From Microgenomates group bacterium RIFCSPHIGHO2_01_FULL_45_11 (GTDB lineage Bacteria > Patescibacteriota > Microgenomatia > UBA1400 > 2-01-FULL-45-11), in contig MHDE01000005.1 of the NCBI GenBank assembly GCA_001803465.1, forward strand, positions 17,310 to 56,075: a DNA stretch of 38,766 bases. Direction: 5' to 3'. The stretch's first letter is position 1; every line of letters starts with the position of its first letter. The position numbers and the translations under genes were made by a program. Under the pieces are notes generated by a model. That model did not search any database and was not told where the DNA came from. It saw only the letters and a program-made list of their open reading frames with translations. Below, in pieces: positions 8,460 through 18,245 of the stretch.

Positions 8460-9608
8460 ATGGTCACCGCCCTTATTCTAATCAATTTTCTAGTCATTCT
8501 TTCATTTTTAGTTTTGATTCATGAACTGGCTCATTTTTTAGTCGCCCGCAAAGCCGGAGTCAAAGTTGAGGAATTTGGGCTGGGTCTCCCGCCCCGCGCC
8601 AAAATTCTCCTCAAAGATAAACTCGGCACCATCTATTCACTTAACTGGCTACCGATTGGTGGTTTTGTCCGGATGTCAGGTGAGGACGAAGCCGAAGACA
8701 TAAAGTCTCCCTCCTCGCCGCCCGCCGACAGACTCTATGCTAAATCCAAACGAGTTCGCCTGGCCATAATCGTAGCCGGCACCATCGCCAATTTCCTTGT
8801 CGGTGTCATTTTATTCGGTGGTCTCTACACTTATACTGGCATACCCGAACCATTGGGTTACGTCAAAGTCGACGAAGTCATTGCCGACACCCCGGCGATG
8901 ACAGCCGGTTTGCAAGCGGGCGACAAAATTATTGCGGCCGATGATACGAAATTCCCTACCGCCGATGCCTTTACCGATTTTGTCGGCAAAAACCGCGGTA
9001 GAAAAATAATCCTAACCATAGAACGCCATGCCACCAATAGACAGCTAGAAGTCTACGTCAGAAGCGAAACCGAAACTCCGCCAGGTCAAGGGCCGACCGG
9101 CATCTTTGTTACCGACACCCAAATTGTCAAACACCCCTGGTGGCAAATGCCCTTTCGCGGAATGGCAGAGGGCATAAAAATTTCCTTAAACTTTATAGTC
9201 GGCGTCGTCGTCGGGCTCGGTAATGCCCTCCGGAATTTACTTTTCGCCGGCACAGTACCCAAGGACATTGCCGGGCCAGTCGGCATTGGCTATCAGGCTG
9301 TAAAACATGATTTAATTACCCCCGGGCTGTTTTCGGTAAAAAACCTTCTTTTCACCGCCATAATTTCCTTAAATCTGGCCATCATCAACCTGTTACCTTT
9401 TCCCGCCCTCGACGGCGGTCGGGCCCTCTTAGTTATTTTGGAAAAACTTACCAGCCGCCGCCTCCGCCCGCAGCTAGAACACTGGCTCAATCTGGCCAGC
9501 CTCGGTCTGCTTCTGACCCTGTTTCTTTTAATATCGGCAAATGACATCGGAGTGATTGTTAACGACTCATCAGTTAGGGATTGGCTGAAAGCCATCTTCG
9601 GTCGCTAG
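8460..9608 (+). CDS. rseP: RseP-like M50 intramembrane metalloprotease with PDZ domain
   Basis: HELAH, LPIGGFV, NLLPFPALDGG. Confidence 0.93.
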   Translation: MVTALILINFLVILSFLVLIHELAHFLVARKAGVKVEEFGLGLPPRAKILLKDKLGTIYSLNWLPIGGFVRMSGEDEAEDIKSPSSPPADRLYAKSKRVRLAIIVAGTIANFLVGVILFGGLYTYTGIPEPLGYVKVDEVIADTPAMTAGLQAGDKIIAADDTKFPTADAFTDFVGKNRGRKIILTIERHATNRQLEVYVRSETETPPGQGPTGIFVTDTQIVKHPWWQMPFRGMAEGIKISLNFIVGVVVGLGNALRNLLFAGTVPKDIAGPVGIGYQAVKHDLITPGLFSVKNLLFTAIISLNLAIINLLPFPALDGGRALLVILEKLTSRRLRPQLEHWLNLASLGLLLTLFLLISANDIGVIVNDSSVRDWLKAIFGR

Positions 9609-10421
9609 CTTCTTCGGTTTAGTCATCGCCTGGAATTCGGTCAATGCCTCTTCCGCCCTACTGGCAATTTCCTTTGATGGACTCGCCGCCAGTGTTCGTA
9701 TGCCTGTGAGTAAGTTTTCCTCGTCGGTGTCGGTTAGAAGAATCGCTGGCATGTCTTCAAATGTTAGTTCAGTCACCGGCGCTGTGAAGGCAGCTGTCGA
9801 ACCGGCTAACTCCGCTTTGATACGCGCTTCAATCGCTTTGAACAATGCCTCCATCCGCTGCTCATGGAGTAAGTGTTTTTTAGTCTGCTGTTGGATTAGT
9901 AGTCGCGCCGCCGTGTCGATAAAAGCCAATTGCGATGTTAGTCCCTGATCGATTGCGGCCTGATTAGCCGTGAGGGCAAGCAGTCGGGACCGAAACGGGG
10001 TGTGTTCCGGCAAAGGATAGGCTTGAAGAATGGTGGGTATCTCCAAGATGAGGGAAGCCCGGAATTTATCCGAGTCTGGGAACTGACGCTGACGCCGATC
10101 AAAAAACATTTTACTCGTTAGTTTCAGACCGTACCGCCAATCGTGACGGGTCAGAAACGTCGAAAATATTGTCGACGGCAGAATAATTTGCGGGTGATGC
10201 TCGAGAAAGTCACGATAGGCAGTTACCCCTCGCTGACCAAAAATCACTCTAATGGTATTTTCCAGCCCTTCGGCCGTACCGGTGAGAGCTTGCACAAAAT
10301 ACAAATAGACATTGGTATGAAATTCCACCACCCGAGGGAGTAGGGGAGAGAAAGCTAAAAGAAAACTAAGCAAACCATGAGTTCGATATAGTTGAAGTAG
10401 GCGGTGCTTGGTAACACGCAT
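9570..10421 (-). CDS. hypothetical helical protein
   Basis: Long ORF (287 aa from 10433). TG-C-TAGAAT lies just upstream of ATG 10421, which is taken as the start. Convergent overlap with rseP. Confidence 0.65.
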   Translation of the reverse strand: MRVTKHRLLQLYRTHGLLSFLLAFSPLLPRVVEFHTNVYLYFVQALTGTAEGLENTIRVIFGQRGVTAYRDFLEHHPQIILPSTIFSTFLTRHDWRYGLKLTSKMFFDRRQRQFPDSDKFRASLILEIPTILQAYPLPEHTPFRSRLLALTANQAAIDQGLTSQLAFIDTAARLLIQQQTKKHLLHEQRMEALFKAIEARIKAELAGSTAAFTAPVTELTFEDMPAILLTDTDEENLLTGIRTLAASPSKEIASRAEEALTEFQAMTKPKKLATEDGFQPIPN

Positions 10422-10598
10422 GGTTAGAATCATTCTAGCAGGCTCCTCCCCTTCTTACCATTATGCGTATTAAATATGTATTATTGCTTAAACAGGTCAG
10501 GTTTACAAGGCCGTATTCCCGTCCTTTTCGGCAGGCGGAGTTTGTAATAGAATAGGGTACGAAGTTCATCCTCAGTCGGTGAAGGAGAAATACCAACC

Positions 10599-11840
10599 AT
10601 GAAAATGACCAACTCGGCTATTATTCCTATCAGAAAGCCACCAAAAGGCGGCGAAACAGTTAACCATCGCCTCTTAGTTCAAGGCGGATTTGTCAGGCAA
10701 CTTATGGCCGGAGTCTATATTTACCTACCTTTAGGTTTACGGGTTTTGGACAAGATTCGTCAAGTCATCCGAGCAGAAATGAATACGATTGGAGGTCAAG
10801 AGATTCTGATGCCACTTTTGCATCCGGCTAAAAATTGGAAAACCACTGGTGGTTGGGACAATATCGATGTGCTGTTTAAGTTGAAAAGCCGCACCGGCAA
10901 AGACTTCGCTCTCGGCCAAAGTCACGAAGAGATCGTTACCCCTCTAGCCAAGGAACTAATTAGAAGTTACCGAGATCTTCCCCTGGCTTTATACCAAATT
11001 CATTGGAAGTTTCGAGACGAACTTCGTTCAAAATCTGGATTACTGCGGGGCCGTGAATTTGAAATGAAGGATCTATATAGTTTTCATGCTTCGCAACGAG
11101 ACTTCGAAAAGTTTTATAAAGAGGTCAAAAATGCTTACCTTAAAGCCTTCAAAAAAGTCGAACTGGAAGCCAAGGTTACCGAGGCTTCAGGGGGAGGTTT
11201 CTCAGAAAAAATTTCCTACGAGTTTATGGTGACTACCGACGCGGGCGAGGATGACATTCTTTACTGTGACGCTTGTGAATTTTGCATCAATTTGGAAATT
11301 GCCAAAGTCAAGGCTGGCAGCACTTGTCCTAAATGTACCCAAGGTAAGCTAAACAAAGCTAAAGCAGCCGAGGTGGGAAACATTTTTGACTTGGGACAGA
11401 AATACGTCAAAGACTTTGGCCTTGAGTATCGGGACGAACAGGGTAAAGCTCACTACCCGATTATGGGTTGTTACGGGTGGGGAACGACGCGGACTATGGC
11501 GGTTTTGGTAGAAAAATTTCACGACGATAAAGGCATAATTTGGCCAAAGTCTGTCTCCCCCTATCACGTCCATCTAATCGACATCAATCAAGGTCAACAG
11601 GGAGAATTAATTTACAACCGTTTGCAAAATGAAAATATCGAAGTTTTATGGGACGATCGGTCTAAAGCTGCCGGAGTAAAATTTGCTGACGCTGACCTCA
11701 TTGGTATACCCGTGAGGTTAATTGTCTCTGAAAAAACCAAAACTAACGTCGAATGGAAACGACGAATGGAAACAACTTCAGAAATTATCGACATTTCTTC
11801 TAGTATTGATAGAATTAAACAGCTTTACAACCAGCTTTAA
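10599..11840 (+). CDS. proS: prolyl-tRNA synthetase (short, no INS editing domain)
   Basis: AGVYIYLPLG, SYRDLP, KFRDELR...GLLRGREFEMKD, EVGNIF, MGCYG. Confidence 0.96.
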   Translation: MKMTNSAIIPIRKPPKGGETVNHRLLVQGGFVRQLMAGVYIYLPLGLRVLDKIRQVIRAEMNTIGGQEILMPLLHPAKNWKTTGGWDNIDVLFKLKSRTGKDFALGQSHEEIVTPLAKELIRSYRDLPLALYQIHWKFRDELRSKSGLLRGREFEMKDLYSFHASQRDFEKFYKEVKNAYLKAFKKVELEAKVTEASGGGFSEKISYEFMVTTDAGEDDILYCDACEFCINLEIAKVKAGSTCPKCTQGKLNKAKAAEVGNIFDLGQKYVKDFGLEYRDEQGKAHYPIMGCYGWGTTRTMAVLVEKFHDDKGIIWPKSVSPYHVHLIDINQGQQGELIYNRLQNENIEVLWDDRSKAAGVKFADADLIGIPVRLIVSEKTKTNVEWKRRMETTSEIIDISSSIDRIKQLYNQL

Positions 11841-11844
11841 TAAA

Positions 11845-12714
11845 ATGAATGATATATCAAAGAAAGTTATTACCACTCACCAAAATCCCGACCTTGATGC
11901 CATTGGTTCGATTTGGCTTTTACAGCGCTTTGATAAATCAAACTATGACAACTCATCGGTGACTTTTGTGCCGGCCGGTGAAAAGATTAGTCTCAAACAA
12001 CTTAAAGATCTCAAATTGGATATCACGCAAATCACCCACGTTGATACCGGCGGTAGTGAATTTGACGATCACGCCAATAACACAGGTAATTCTTCAGCCG
12101 TCTTAGTCTTTAATTATTTAAAGAGACAAAATCCTTCACTTGTCGAAGATAAGGCACTCGGAAAAGTAGTGGGGTTCATTGATAAAACCGATCACTTTGA
12201 GTCTTACTTTTGGCCGGAACCGACGCACGACCGTTACTACTTCATGCTCGAGCACATCCTTAACGGTTATAAATTAGGTGGTTATGGTGACGACCATGAC
12301 CTCGTCCGTTTAGGAATAACTTGTTTGGATGGAGCCTATACCATAATAAAAATCTACTTGGAAGCCGAAGAGGAAATAAAAAAAGGTACTATTTTTAACA
12401 CCAAACATGGTCAGGCTTTGGCAGTTGAATGCAGTAACGACGCGGTAATAAAACTTGCTCAAAAAATGGGATATACTATCGTGGTTCGCAAAGACCCGGA
12501 GTTAGGTAATCTTCGCATCAAAGCTGCCCCACTACCCCAAATCGATTTGACTCCGGTATGGGCTAAAATTCAAAAGTTAGACACTATCGGCAGTTGGTAT
12601 TTTCACCCCGGTAAGCATATGTTAATCAATGGCTCCAAAAAAAATACCGATCAAAAACCTTCACCCTTAACCTTAACTGAAGCTACAGAAATTATTAAAA
12701 CCACTCTGAAGTAA
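11845..12714 (+). CDS. DHH/MYG1-like phosphoesterase family protein
   Basis: THQNPDLDAIGS, HVDTGG, FDDH motifs; start moved to ATG 11845. Confidence 0.65.
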   Translation: MNDISKKVITTHQNPDLDAIGSIWLLQRFDKSNYDNSSVTFVPAGEKISLKQLKDLKLDITQITHVDTGGSEFDDHANNTGNSSAVLVFNYLKRQNPSLVEDKALGKVVGFIDKTDHFESYFWPEPTHDRYYFMLEHILNGYKLGGYGDDHDLVRLGITCLDGAYTIIKIYLEAEEEIKKGTIFNTKHGQALAVECSNDAVIKLAQKMGYTIVVRKDPELGNLRIKAAPLPQIDLTPVWAKIQKLDTIGSWYFHPGKHMLINGSKKNTDQKPSPLTLTEATEIIKTTLK

Positions 12715-12715
12715 C

Positions 12716-13123
12716 ATGAAACAATGCCCTTTTTGTCAAATCGTCAACAAACAAATACCTGCCCTTACGGTCTATGAAGACAGGGACTTTATGGCATTTT
12801 TGGATATTTACCCCAAGGTTTACGGTCACACCTTGGTTATTCCTAAAAAGCATTATCGTTGGGTTTATGATGTTAAACCTTATACTAAGTATTGGCAGCT
12901 GGCTCGCCAGATTGGCCTGGCAGCCTTACGAGCGTTTAATGCCAGGTGGATAAGCTTTATGACCGTTGGCGAGGAGGTACCCCACGCCCACATCCACGTT
13001 CTACCTAGAACCGAAGCCGATCATCAGCCCGCTGTTGTCAACTTTAGTAAAATAGTAAAGTTAAGCCGTAATCAACTAAAGGCAATCGCTATTAGATTGA
13101 AGCAAGAGATGGGAGGTGTATAG
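12716..13123 (+). CDS. HIT family hydrolase
   Basis: CPFC, GHTLVIPK, VPHAHIHVLPR. Confidence 0.95.
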   Translation: MKQCPFCQIVNKQIPALTVYEDRDFMAFLDIYPKVYGHTLVIPKKHYRWVYDVKPYTKYWQLARQIGLAALRAFNARWISFMTVGEEVPHAHIHVLPRTEADHQPAVVNFSKIVKLSRNQLKAIAIRLKQEMGGV

Positions 13124-13125
13124 GC

Positions 13126-13323
13126 GTGTCCACCATCGTTAAAGCCAAAAAAGACGAACCAGTGGCTTCTATTATCCGTCGGTTCAAAAAAATTGTTGCC
13201 GCTGAACAAATCCTAAAAATAGCCAAAAAAAAAGAGTATTACATTAAACCTTCGCAACTACGCAAAGAAAAGAAAAAAGAAAACGAACGTCAGCGAGCCC
13301 GGGAAAGAGCCTTGCAACAGTGA
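13126..13323 (+). CDS. rpsU: 30S ribosomal protein S21
   Basis: IIRRFKK, EYYIKPS; basic 65-aa protein with GGGAGG SD. Confidence 0.9.
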   Translation: MSTIVKAKKDEPVASIIRRFKKIVAAEQILKIAKKKEYYIKPSQLRKEKKKENERQRARERALQQ

Positions 13324-13394
13324 GGTTCTGATTTAAGCACTCTCGGTTAATTTAGCTATATTCTGTGAAGGGCGGTGAGGGGAAAAGAATCCCT

Positions 13395-13796
13395 ATGGCC
13401 AAGGTTCTCATTCACGCCGACAGTAAATTTCCGGTAAATCGACGTCGGATTCGCCGAACCATCGAACGCGTTCTAACAGAAAAAGGAGCTATAGGTAATA
13501 TGGTGGTTTCAGTGGCGGTGGTTGGTGACAGGAAAATGAGTCTGCTCAATAAACACTATACTGGTTCTATTGGGACTACCGACGTTCTCTCATTTCCATA
13601 TACCGAAGACACCGGTAAGTTAACACCCAAAGGCTTTATTACTCCTAAGACAGAAGCTTTGCAGCTCGGCGATATCGTGGTTAGTTACCCCCAGGCAATT
13701 AAACAGGCAATCAAAGAAAACAAATTAGTTGACGACAAGATTGATTTTTTAGTCGAACACGGCCTCAACCACTTATTGGGTATCCACCACGACTAA
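13395..13796 (+). CDS. ybeY: endoribonuclease YbeY
   Basis: TDVLSFP, LGDIVVS, HGLNHLLGIHH. Confidence 0.95.
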   Translation: MAKVLIHADSKFPVNRRRIRRTIERVLTEKGAIGNMVVSVAVVGDRKMSLLNKHYTGSIGTTDVLSFPYTEDTGKLTPKGFITPKTEALQLGDIVVSYPQAIKQAIKENKLVDDKIDFLVEHGLNHLLGIHHD

Positions 13797-13872
13797 TTAA
13801 TTCAAAATTAAAAATTGAAGATTCTCAGCTCGATTTAATTTTTAAATTTTGAATTTTAACTTTTAAATTAAA
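13797..13872. repeat. inverted pair of AT-rich heptad arrays
   Basis: ttcaaaa ttaaaaa ttgaaga ... tttttaa attttga attttaa cttttaa. Confidence 0.55.
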
Positions 13873-13877
13873 GCCCT

Positions 13878-15401
13878 ATGTCCTTTTATCGTAAATACCG
13901 GCCGCAATTAGTTAGACAACTTGATTTAATTGTCATTCGCGAGAATTTTGAAAAAATTCTTTCTAGCGGCAGTTTTTCCCATGCCTATCTTTTTACCGGC
14001 CCGCGGGGTACCGGCAAAACCAGCGCGGCGCGCATTCTGGCCAAAATCGTTAACTGTCAAACAAACCAGATTTTTTTGAAAAAGAATCAGCCTCTCCAAG
14101 AACCTTGCGATAACTGTTCGCTGTGTCGTCGGATTAGCCAAGGCAGCAGTTTAGCGGTGATAGAGATGGATGCAGCCAGTAACCGAGGTATAGACGATAT
14201 CCGGTTGTTGCGCGATCGCATTGGTTTAGCGCCTGTTGAAGGCAGTCGCACCGTCTACATTATCGACGAAGTCCATATGTTGACAACCGAAGCCTTCAAC
14301 GCTCTTCTCAAAACATTAGAGGAACCGCCGCCCCACGTTGTCTTCGTTTTGTGTACTACTGAGACAGAAAAGATTCCTGGCACCATCACCTCACGCTGCG
14401 TTCACTTTTCATTTCCCAAGGCTACCACCGGTGAAGTAGTCGCTTCATTAGCTAAAGTTGTCAAAGCCGAAAAAATAGCCATCGATGTCAAAGCCCTTGA
14501 ATTACTGGCCGCTTCGGTTGATGGCAGTTTTCGCGACGGCATGAAATTATTGGAGCAGCTAAACCTAACCGGTGACAAGATTAGAGAAGCAGCAGTGCGT
14601 AAAATAGTCGATTATGAACAGCTCAACCAAGCCCGAGACCTCGTTGATCTGCTTCTATCAAGAAAGATTAATCCCGCCCTCAAACTCCTGGCCGATAGCG
14701 AAAGTGCCAACGCCGATCCCTTAAAATTAATTAAACAGCTGCTTAGTCTACTCCGTCAAAAACTTCTTACTGGTCTTCAACAAACACCAAAAAAATCTGA
14801 ATTAAAAGAAATTATTCAATTAATTGAATTACTAGAAAAAGCAGGCGTACAGGTAAAATCGTCACCAATAACTTTTCTTCCCCTCGAAGTAGCAGCAGCA
14901 GAATTTTGCTTGTCAAGTCAAGCAGTCGGTCATATTAAATCAAATCCTGAACCGGTGCCTCAGCCGACAGTAGTCATAAATCACTCTCAGCCCCTCCCCA
15001 AACCCAAATCTACACCTCAGTCCCAGGCTCCTAGCGGAATCAAACCGAAAACCTTTGCAGAGATTCAAAATCGCTGGCCAGCAGTTTTAGCTGCCGTCAA
15101 ACCCCATAACCACAGCCTCGAAGCTCTGCTCCGATCTAGTCGACCCCTGTCATTCGGTCACGGCACCATCACTTTAGAAGTCTTTTATCAATTCCACAAA
15201 GAACAGCTGGAACAGGAACGGTACCGCCGGACATTGGAGATGGTCGTCTCCGAGATTTTTGCCTCGCCTATAAAATTAAAATACATTTTAGGAGCAAAGC
15301 AATCATCGGCTTCGAAAGCACCAGAAAAGCCCAACGTTTCCGGTCGGGTAGAGGACGAAGAATTAGCTAAAGTCGCCGAAGAAATTTTCGGTTCAAATTA
15401 A
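13878..15401 (+). CDS. dnaX: DNA polymerase III subunit gamma/tau
   Basis: YRKYRP, GPRGTGKT, Zn cysteines, DAASNRG, IIDEVHML, SRC. Confidence 0.97.
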   Translation: MSFYRKYRPQLVRQLDLIVIRENFEKILSSGSFSHAYLFTGPRGTGKTSAARILAKIVNCQTNQIFLKKNQPLQEPCDNCSLCRRISQGSSLAVIEMDAASNRGIDDIRLLRDRIGLAPVEGSRTVYIIDEVHMLTTEAFNALLKTLEEPPPHVVFVLCTTETEKIPGTITSRCVHFSFPKATTGEVVASLAKVVKAEKIAIDVKALELLAASVDGSFRDGMKLLEQLNLTGDKIREAAVRKIVDYEQLNQARDLVDLLLSRKINPALKLLADSESANADPLKLIKQLLSLLRQKLLTGLQQTPKKSELKEIIQLIELLEKAGVQVKSSPITFLPLEVAAAEFCLSSQAVGHIKSNPEPVPQPTVVINHSQPLPKPKSTPQSQAPSGIKPKTFAEIQNRWPAVLAAVKPHNHSLEALLRSSRPLSFGHGTITLEVFYQFHKEQLEQERYRRTLEMVVSEIFASPIKLKYILGAKQSSASKAPEKPNVSGRVEDEELAKVAEEIFGSN

Positions 15402-15458
15402 CTCGCTGCTGGTATATAATAAGTCAGAAGTTACGAATCCTAGCTGAGGAGATGATCT

Positions 15459-15758
15459 ATGGCGTTTAATCCGCTCAAAGGTTTAGGCGATTTAAACAAA
15501 CTTCGCCAGCAAGCCATGCAGATTCAGCAACAGCTGGCAGCTGAAGAGATTGTTGTCGAAGAAGGCGACGTGCGTGTGGTTATCTCCGGTGACCAACGAA
15601 TTAAAGAATTTACAGTGCAGGGAATTACTTCAGAACAAGCCATCGCCGTCTTAAACAAAGCCATCAAACAATCCCAACAGCTGGCTGCCAAAAAACTCCA
15701 ACAGATGAGCATGGGGATGGGTGGCGGTACGCCCACCAGTCCTCCTCCAGGACAGTAG
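15459..15758 (+). CDS. ybaB: nucleoid-associated protein YbaB/EbfC
   Basis: QQAMQIQQQLAAEEI...VRVVISGDQ; follows dnaX. Confidence 0.88.
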   Translation: MAFNPLKGLGDLNKLRQQAMQIQQQLAAEEIVVEEGDVRVVISGDQRIKEFTVQGITSEQAIAVLNKAIKQSQQLAAKKLQQMSMGMGGGTPTSPPPGQ

Positions 15759-15759
15759 A

Positions 15760-16254
15760 TCAATGGTCCAAAGTTCGGGCGCGAAGGAAAAGATAGGATT
15801 GCAGTTCTTGTTCGCTCGTTAGTCGACTATAACTTATACCGCCATTGCTCGTATGGAGAAACAGTCGAACTCTCGGCGGCAAGTCATTTGTTGTTTCCCC
15901 AAAATTTTTCCTAACAAAATCGCTCTCCGTCTCGCCCAAGTGCATCATTTGGTGAACCAGCTGTAGCCAGCGGTCACCTCCTACCAGTTTATGTCGATTC
16001 CAGGCATAGACAATGGTTCCCGGTTCGAGTTTTGATATTCGATCAATTTCCTGCGTCGGGCCAAACAACCCCAAATATCCCTCTGCCGATAAAAAAGCCT
16101 GCGGGGGTAATTCTTTCAAACCAAACAGTACGCCGGTAGCCAGTTGCATCAGCAGCTGACAATTGGCTTCAGCTGGCGGACGGCTTAAGTCAACTTCCTC
16201 TCTCGGTCCGGCGGCAAAAGAATAGGGGATTCCCAACAACTCACTTGGTTTCAT
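15760..16254 (-). CDS. divergent NlpC/P60 family cysteine peptidase
   Basis: LLGIPY, NCQLL (DCSGL-like), LEPGTIVY (LxPGDLVF), VHQMMHLG, FLHTS give a Cys-His-His triad. Confidence 0.65.
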   Translation of the reverse strand: MKPSELLGIPYSFAAGPREEVDLSRPPAEANCQLLMQLATGVLFGLKELPPQAFLSAEGYLGLFGPTQEIDRISKLEPGTIVYAWNRHKLVGGDRWLQLVHQMMHLGETESDFVRKNFGETTNDLPPRVRLFLHTSNGGISYSRLTSEQELQSYLFLRARTLDH

Positions 16255-16262
16255 GGGATCTT

Positions 16263-17516
16263 TCAGTAAGCTTTGGGAATGTGAAAGCGGCGACACAATT
16301 GACGGACTTCCTTGAGCACCTCGGCGGCGGTAAGCTTTTTTTTAAGAATGGTGACGATCAGTTCTCCGATTTTTTTCATTTCCTTTTCTTTCATGCCCCG
16401 ACTAGTGACTGCCGGTGTGCCCAAACGGATTCCCGAAGGATTGAACGGCGGATTAGGATCAAACGGCACGGTATTGTAATTTAAAACTATGCCTGCTTTT
16501 TCCAATAGAATCGCCGCGTCTTTGCCTTTAATATTCAGCGATCGCAAATCTGCCACCATCAGGTGATTATCCGTTCCTCCGGTTGTCAAGTTGACGCCGT
16601 TTATCATTAAAGTTTGAGCTAGCGCTTTGGCGTTTTTGACTATTTGTTGGCCGTATTTTTTAAATCGAGCCGTTGACGCTTCAGTTAAGGCCACGGCAAT
16701 CCCGGCAATGGTATTAATATGTGGACCGCCCTGCAGGCCTGGAAAGACCGCCTTATCAATCTTACTCGCCAAATCCTTATCTTTTTTTAGTCCCCGACTA
16801 GTCACTAAAATCATCGCCCCCCGAGGACCTCGTAAAGTTTTATGAGTCGTGGTCATGACTACGTGAGCGAAGGCAGTAGGGGAGGGGTGAACACCAGCGA
16901 TGATAAGTCCGGCAATATGCGATATGTCAGCCAAAAGATACGCTCCGACACTTCCAGCAATCTCTCCGAAGCGCTTAAAGTTAAGAACTCGGGGATAGGC
17001 GGTAGTACCGGCGACTAAAATTTTAGGTTTGTGTTTTTTGACAAACTTAGCCAACTGGTCGTAGTCAATCACGCCGTCTTTTCCCACTTCGTACTGAATC
17101 GATGTAAAAAACTTTCCCGAAAAGGTAATCTTGGGGTGACCATGGGTGAGATGCCCACCGGAAGATAAAGTCAAACCCATCACTACATCGCCGGAATTCA
17201 ATAAATTGAAGTAAACCGCGGCATTGGCCGGCGAGCCTGAATATGGCTGAACATTAACATGGGGTACGCCAAAGAGTTTCTTGGCGCGTTCAATCGCTAA
17301 CTGTTCTACCTGGTCGACAAAAGTTTGACCTTGATAATAGCGTTTTTGGGGATAGCCTTCGGCGTATTTATTACCCAAAGGTGAACCGACGGCCTCTTCC
17401 ACTGCTTGCGAGGCGTAGTTTTCGGAAGGGATAAGCATCAACGTCTGTTCTTGCCGCCTTCGTTCAGCGCTTATGAGTTTAGCAATGGCTCGGTCAGTTT
17501 GAGTTATATATTTCAT
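16263..17516 (-). CDS. glyA: serine hydroxymethyltransferase
   Basis: LIPSENY, NKYAEGYP, GGHLTHG, TTTHKTLRGPRG, GGTDNHL; start at ATG 17516 or 17519 after GAAAGGA. Confidence 0.98.
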   Translation of the reverse strand: MKYITQTDRAIAKLISAERRRQEQTLMLIPSENYASQAVEEAVGSPLGNKYAEGYPQKRYYQGQTFVDQVEQLAIERAKKLFGVPHVNVQPYSGSPANAAVYFNLLNSGDVVMGLTLSSGGHLTHGHPKITFSGKFFTSIQYEVGKDGVIDYDQLAKFVKKHKPKILVAGTTAYPRVLNFKRFGEIAGSVGAYLLADISHIAGLIIAGVHPSPTAFAHVVMTTTHKTLRGPRGAMILVTSRGLKKDKDLASKIDKAVFPGLQGGPHINTIAGIAVALTEASTARFKKYGQQIVKNAKALAQTLMINGVNLTTGGTDNHLMVADLRSLNIKGKDAAILLEKAGIVLNYNTVPFDPNPPFNPSGIRLGTPAVTSRGMKEKEMKKIGELIVTILKKKLTAAEVLKEVRQLCRRFHIPKAY

Positions 17517-17592
17517 CATCGATCCTTTCGGGAAAATAAAAAATAATCTAACTAAGTAAACCAAAGAGGAGCTGGTCAAATATTTAGTTAGA

Positions 17593-18096
17593 TCATAGAA
17601 GATTGTACTCTAAAAGCAGCGTATAGCGATTAAGATTTTTGACTTGGACTAACTCTAACCTACGCTCGGCAGCTTTGTCAAATAGTTTGATACCTTTACC
17701 AAAAAGCATTGGCTCAACCGTCAAATATAATTTATTCACCACTCCCGCTTCCATAAACATAGTATAAATTTGACTGCCGCCGCAGACAGCCACTTCCGAA
17801 TACCTTTCCTTTTCTAGCTGTCGAATCAACTCTTCAGGCGGCAACGACGAGGTCCTTATCACCCTGGAGATCGGAATTTTTTCTGGATGGCGGGTGTAGA
17901 CAATGTTTAACCGGTCCGGTAGTGGTTTACGAAATGTGGCAAAGGTTTTTGACCCCACTACTATCACACCAGCTTTTTTAGTTCGCTCTTGGAAAAACTC
18001 TTTATCTTCTTTACTGGTCCAGTTAATCGACGGCTCGTTCGAATTTCTGGCAATAAAGCCGTCTGCGGATTGAGCGGCAATGATAAATACGTTCAT
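17593..18096 (-). CDS. folA: dihydrofolate reductase
   Basis: IIAAQSADGFI, EDKEFF, PLPDRLNIV, VCGGSQIY; divergent from thyA. Confidence 0.9.
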   Translation of the reverse strand: MNVFIIAAQSADGFIARNSNEPSINWTSKEDKEFFQERTKKAGVIVVGSKTFATFRKPLPDRLNIVYTRHPEKIPISRVIRTSSLPPEELIRQLEKERYSEVAVCGGSQIYTMFMEAGVVNKLYLTVEPMLFGKGIKLFDKAAERRLELVQVKNLNRYTLLLEYNLL

Positions 18097-18106
18097 AACC
18101 TTTGCT

Positions 18107-18154
18107 GCTTGCCCGCCCTTACAAATCCCGATATATATCGGGAGAAGGAGGGTG
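18107..18154. repeat. GCTTGCCC...GAAGGAGGGTG micro-element containing an 18-bp perfect palindrome
   Basis: tcccgatatatatcggga (18126-43); same termini as the element at 23142-23244. Confidence 0.6.
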
Positions 18155-18245
18155 GTACTTGTTCTTACTATTCTACTTGCGCTACTTTTCCAATGGTATC
18201 ATAGAGTAACGGATTACGAATTATGAATCACGAATCATGGGATAG

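Noticed and set aside
14788..14800. A-AAA-AAA slippery run in dnaX followed by a -1 frame TGA (gamma-type frameshift)
   Set aside because: It would truncate at about residue 305, inside the oligomerisation domain, and no stimulatory SD or hairpin is evident.
18149..18160. AGGGTGGTAC resembling a T-box sequence
   Set aside because: It is the end of a repeated micro-element, with no stem I, specifier loop or terminator, and it does not precede an amino-acid gene.
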